From the IMG/VR virus record IMGVR_UViG_3300021387_001267, positions 64,001 through 88,655 of that record: a DNA stretch of 24,655 bases. One strand, 5' to 3'. The position numbers and the translations under genes were made by a program. Below are positions 24,609 to 24,655 of this stretch, piece by piece. The stretch is from a virus. Taxonomy: Duplodnaviria > Heunggongvirae > Uroviricota > Caudoviricetes. How positions within the stretch are numbered: the first letter of the stretch is position 1; each line of letters begins with the position of its first letter. A model generated the notes under the pieces. That model had not been told where the DNA came from and ran no database searches. It saw only the letters and a program-made list of their open reading frames with translations.

Positions 24609-24655
24609 AACATCAAAACCAAATATCAAATTGTCCCTCCGGGGCAAATTTTAGG

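Larger units (their letters stand above)
1..24655 (-). mobile_element. Siphovirus-type phage/prophage morphogenesis region (packaging, head, tail)
   Basis: Co-oriented minus-strand TerL, portal, protease-capsid, major tail protein, tape measure, Dit and Tal genes in canonical order. No host housekeeping genes are present. Confidence 0.97.

Noticed and set aside
24615-24650. Possible sigma70-type promoter TTGCCC-16-TATTTG on the minus strand
   Set aside because: The -10 match is poor; it cannot be supported without TSS data.
1-24655. CRISPR array, tRNA/rRNA, integrase, transposase, DGR or stop-codon recoding
   Set aside because: I saw no spaced repeats, cloverleafs or such genes. Genes are intact under code 11 and use all three stops.

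Overview
The window is the packaging, head and tail arm of a long-tailed (siphovirus-type) dsDNA phage or prophage. All credible genes lie on the minus strand. In transcription order (right to left) they are: a structured non-coding leader, putative TerS, HNH endonuclease, head-tail adaptor, a six-gene accessory cassette closed by a terminator, two paralogous Lys-rich proteins, TerL, a third related protein, portal, prohead protease-scaffold-major capsid fusion, head closure, tail terminator, major tail protein, two tail chaperone-type genes, an HK97 gp10-like protein, a 2048-aa tape measure protein, Dit, Tal and a truncated tail-tip gene. Strong AGGAGG ribosome-binding sites suggest a Gram-positive host (inference). 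Three observations stand out. (1) The ~150-nt leader at 24455-24608 folds into a long closing stem that displays several anti-Shine-Dalgarno motifs. One motif is a perfect 16-nt complement of the tail-chaperone RBS 14.5 kb away, and another can pair with the gene-1 RBS. (2) The six-gene cassette combines a papain-like peptidase with Cys-rich, low-complexity and BclA-like proteins. (3) A recurrent [L/V]-x-H motif is shared by the capsid precursor and the accessory proteins. All family assignments come from recognising motifs by eye; no searches were run.
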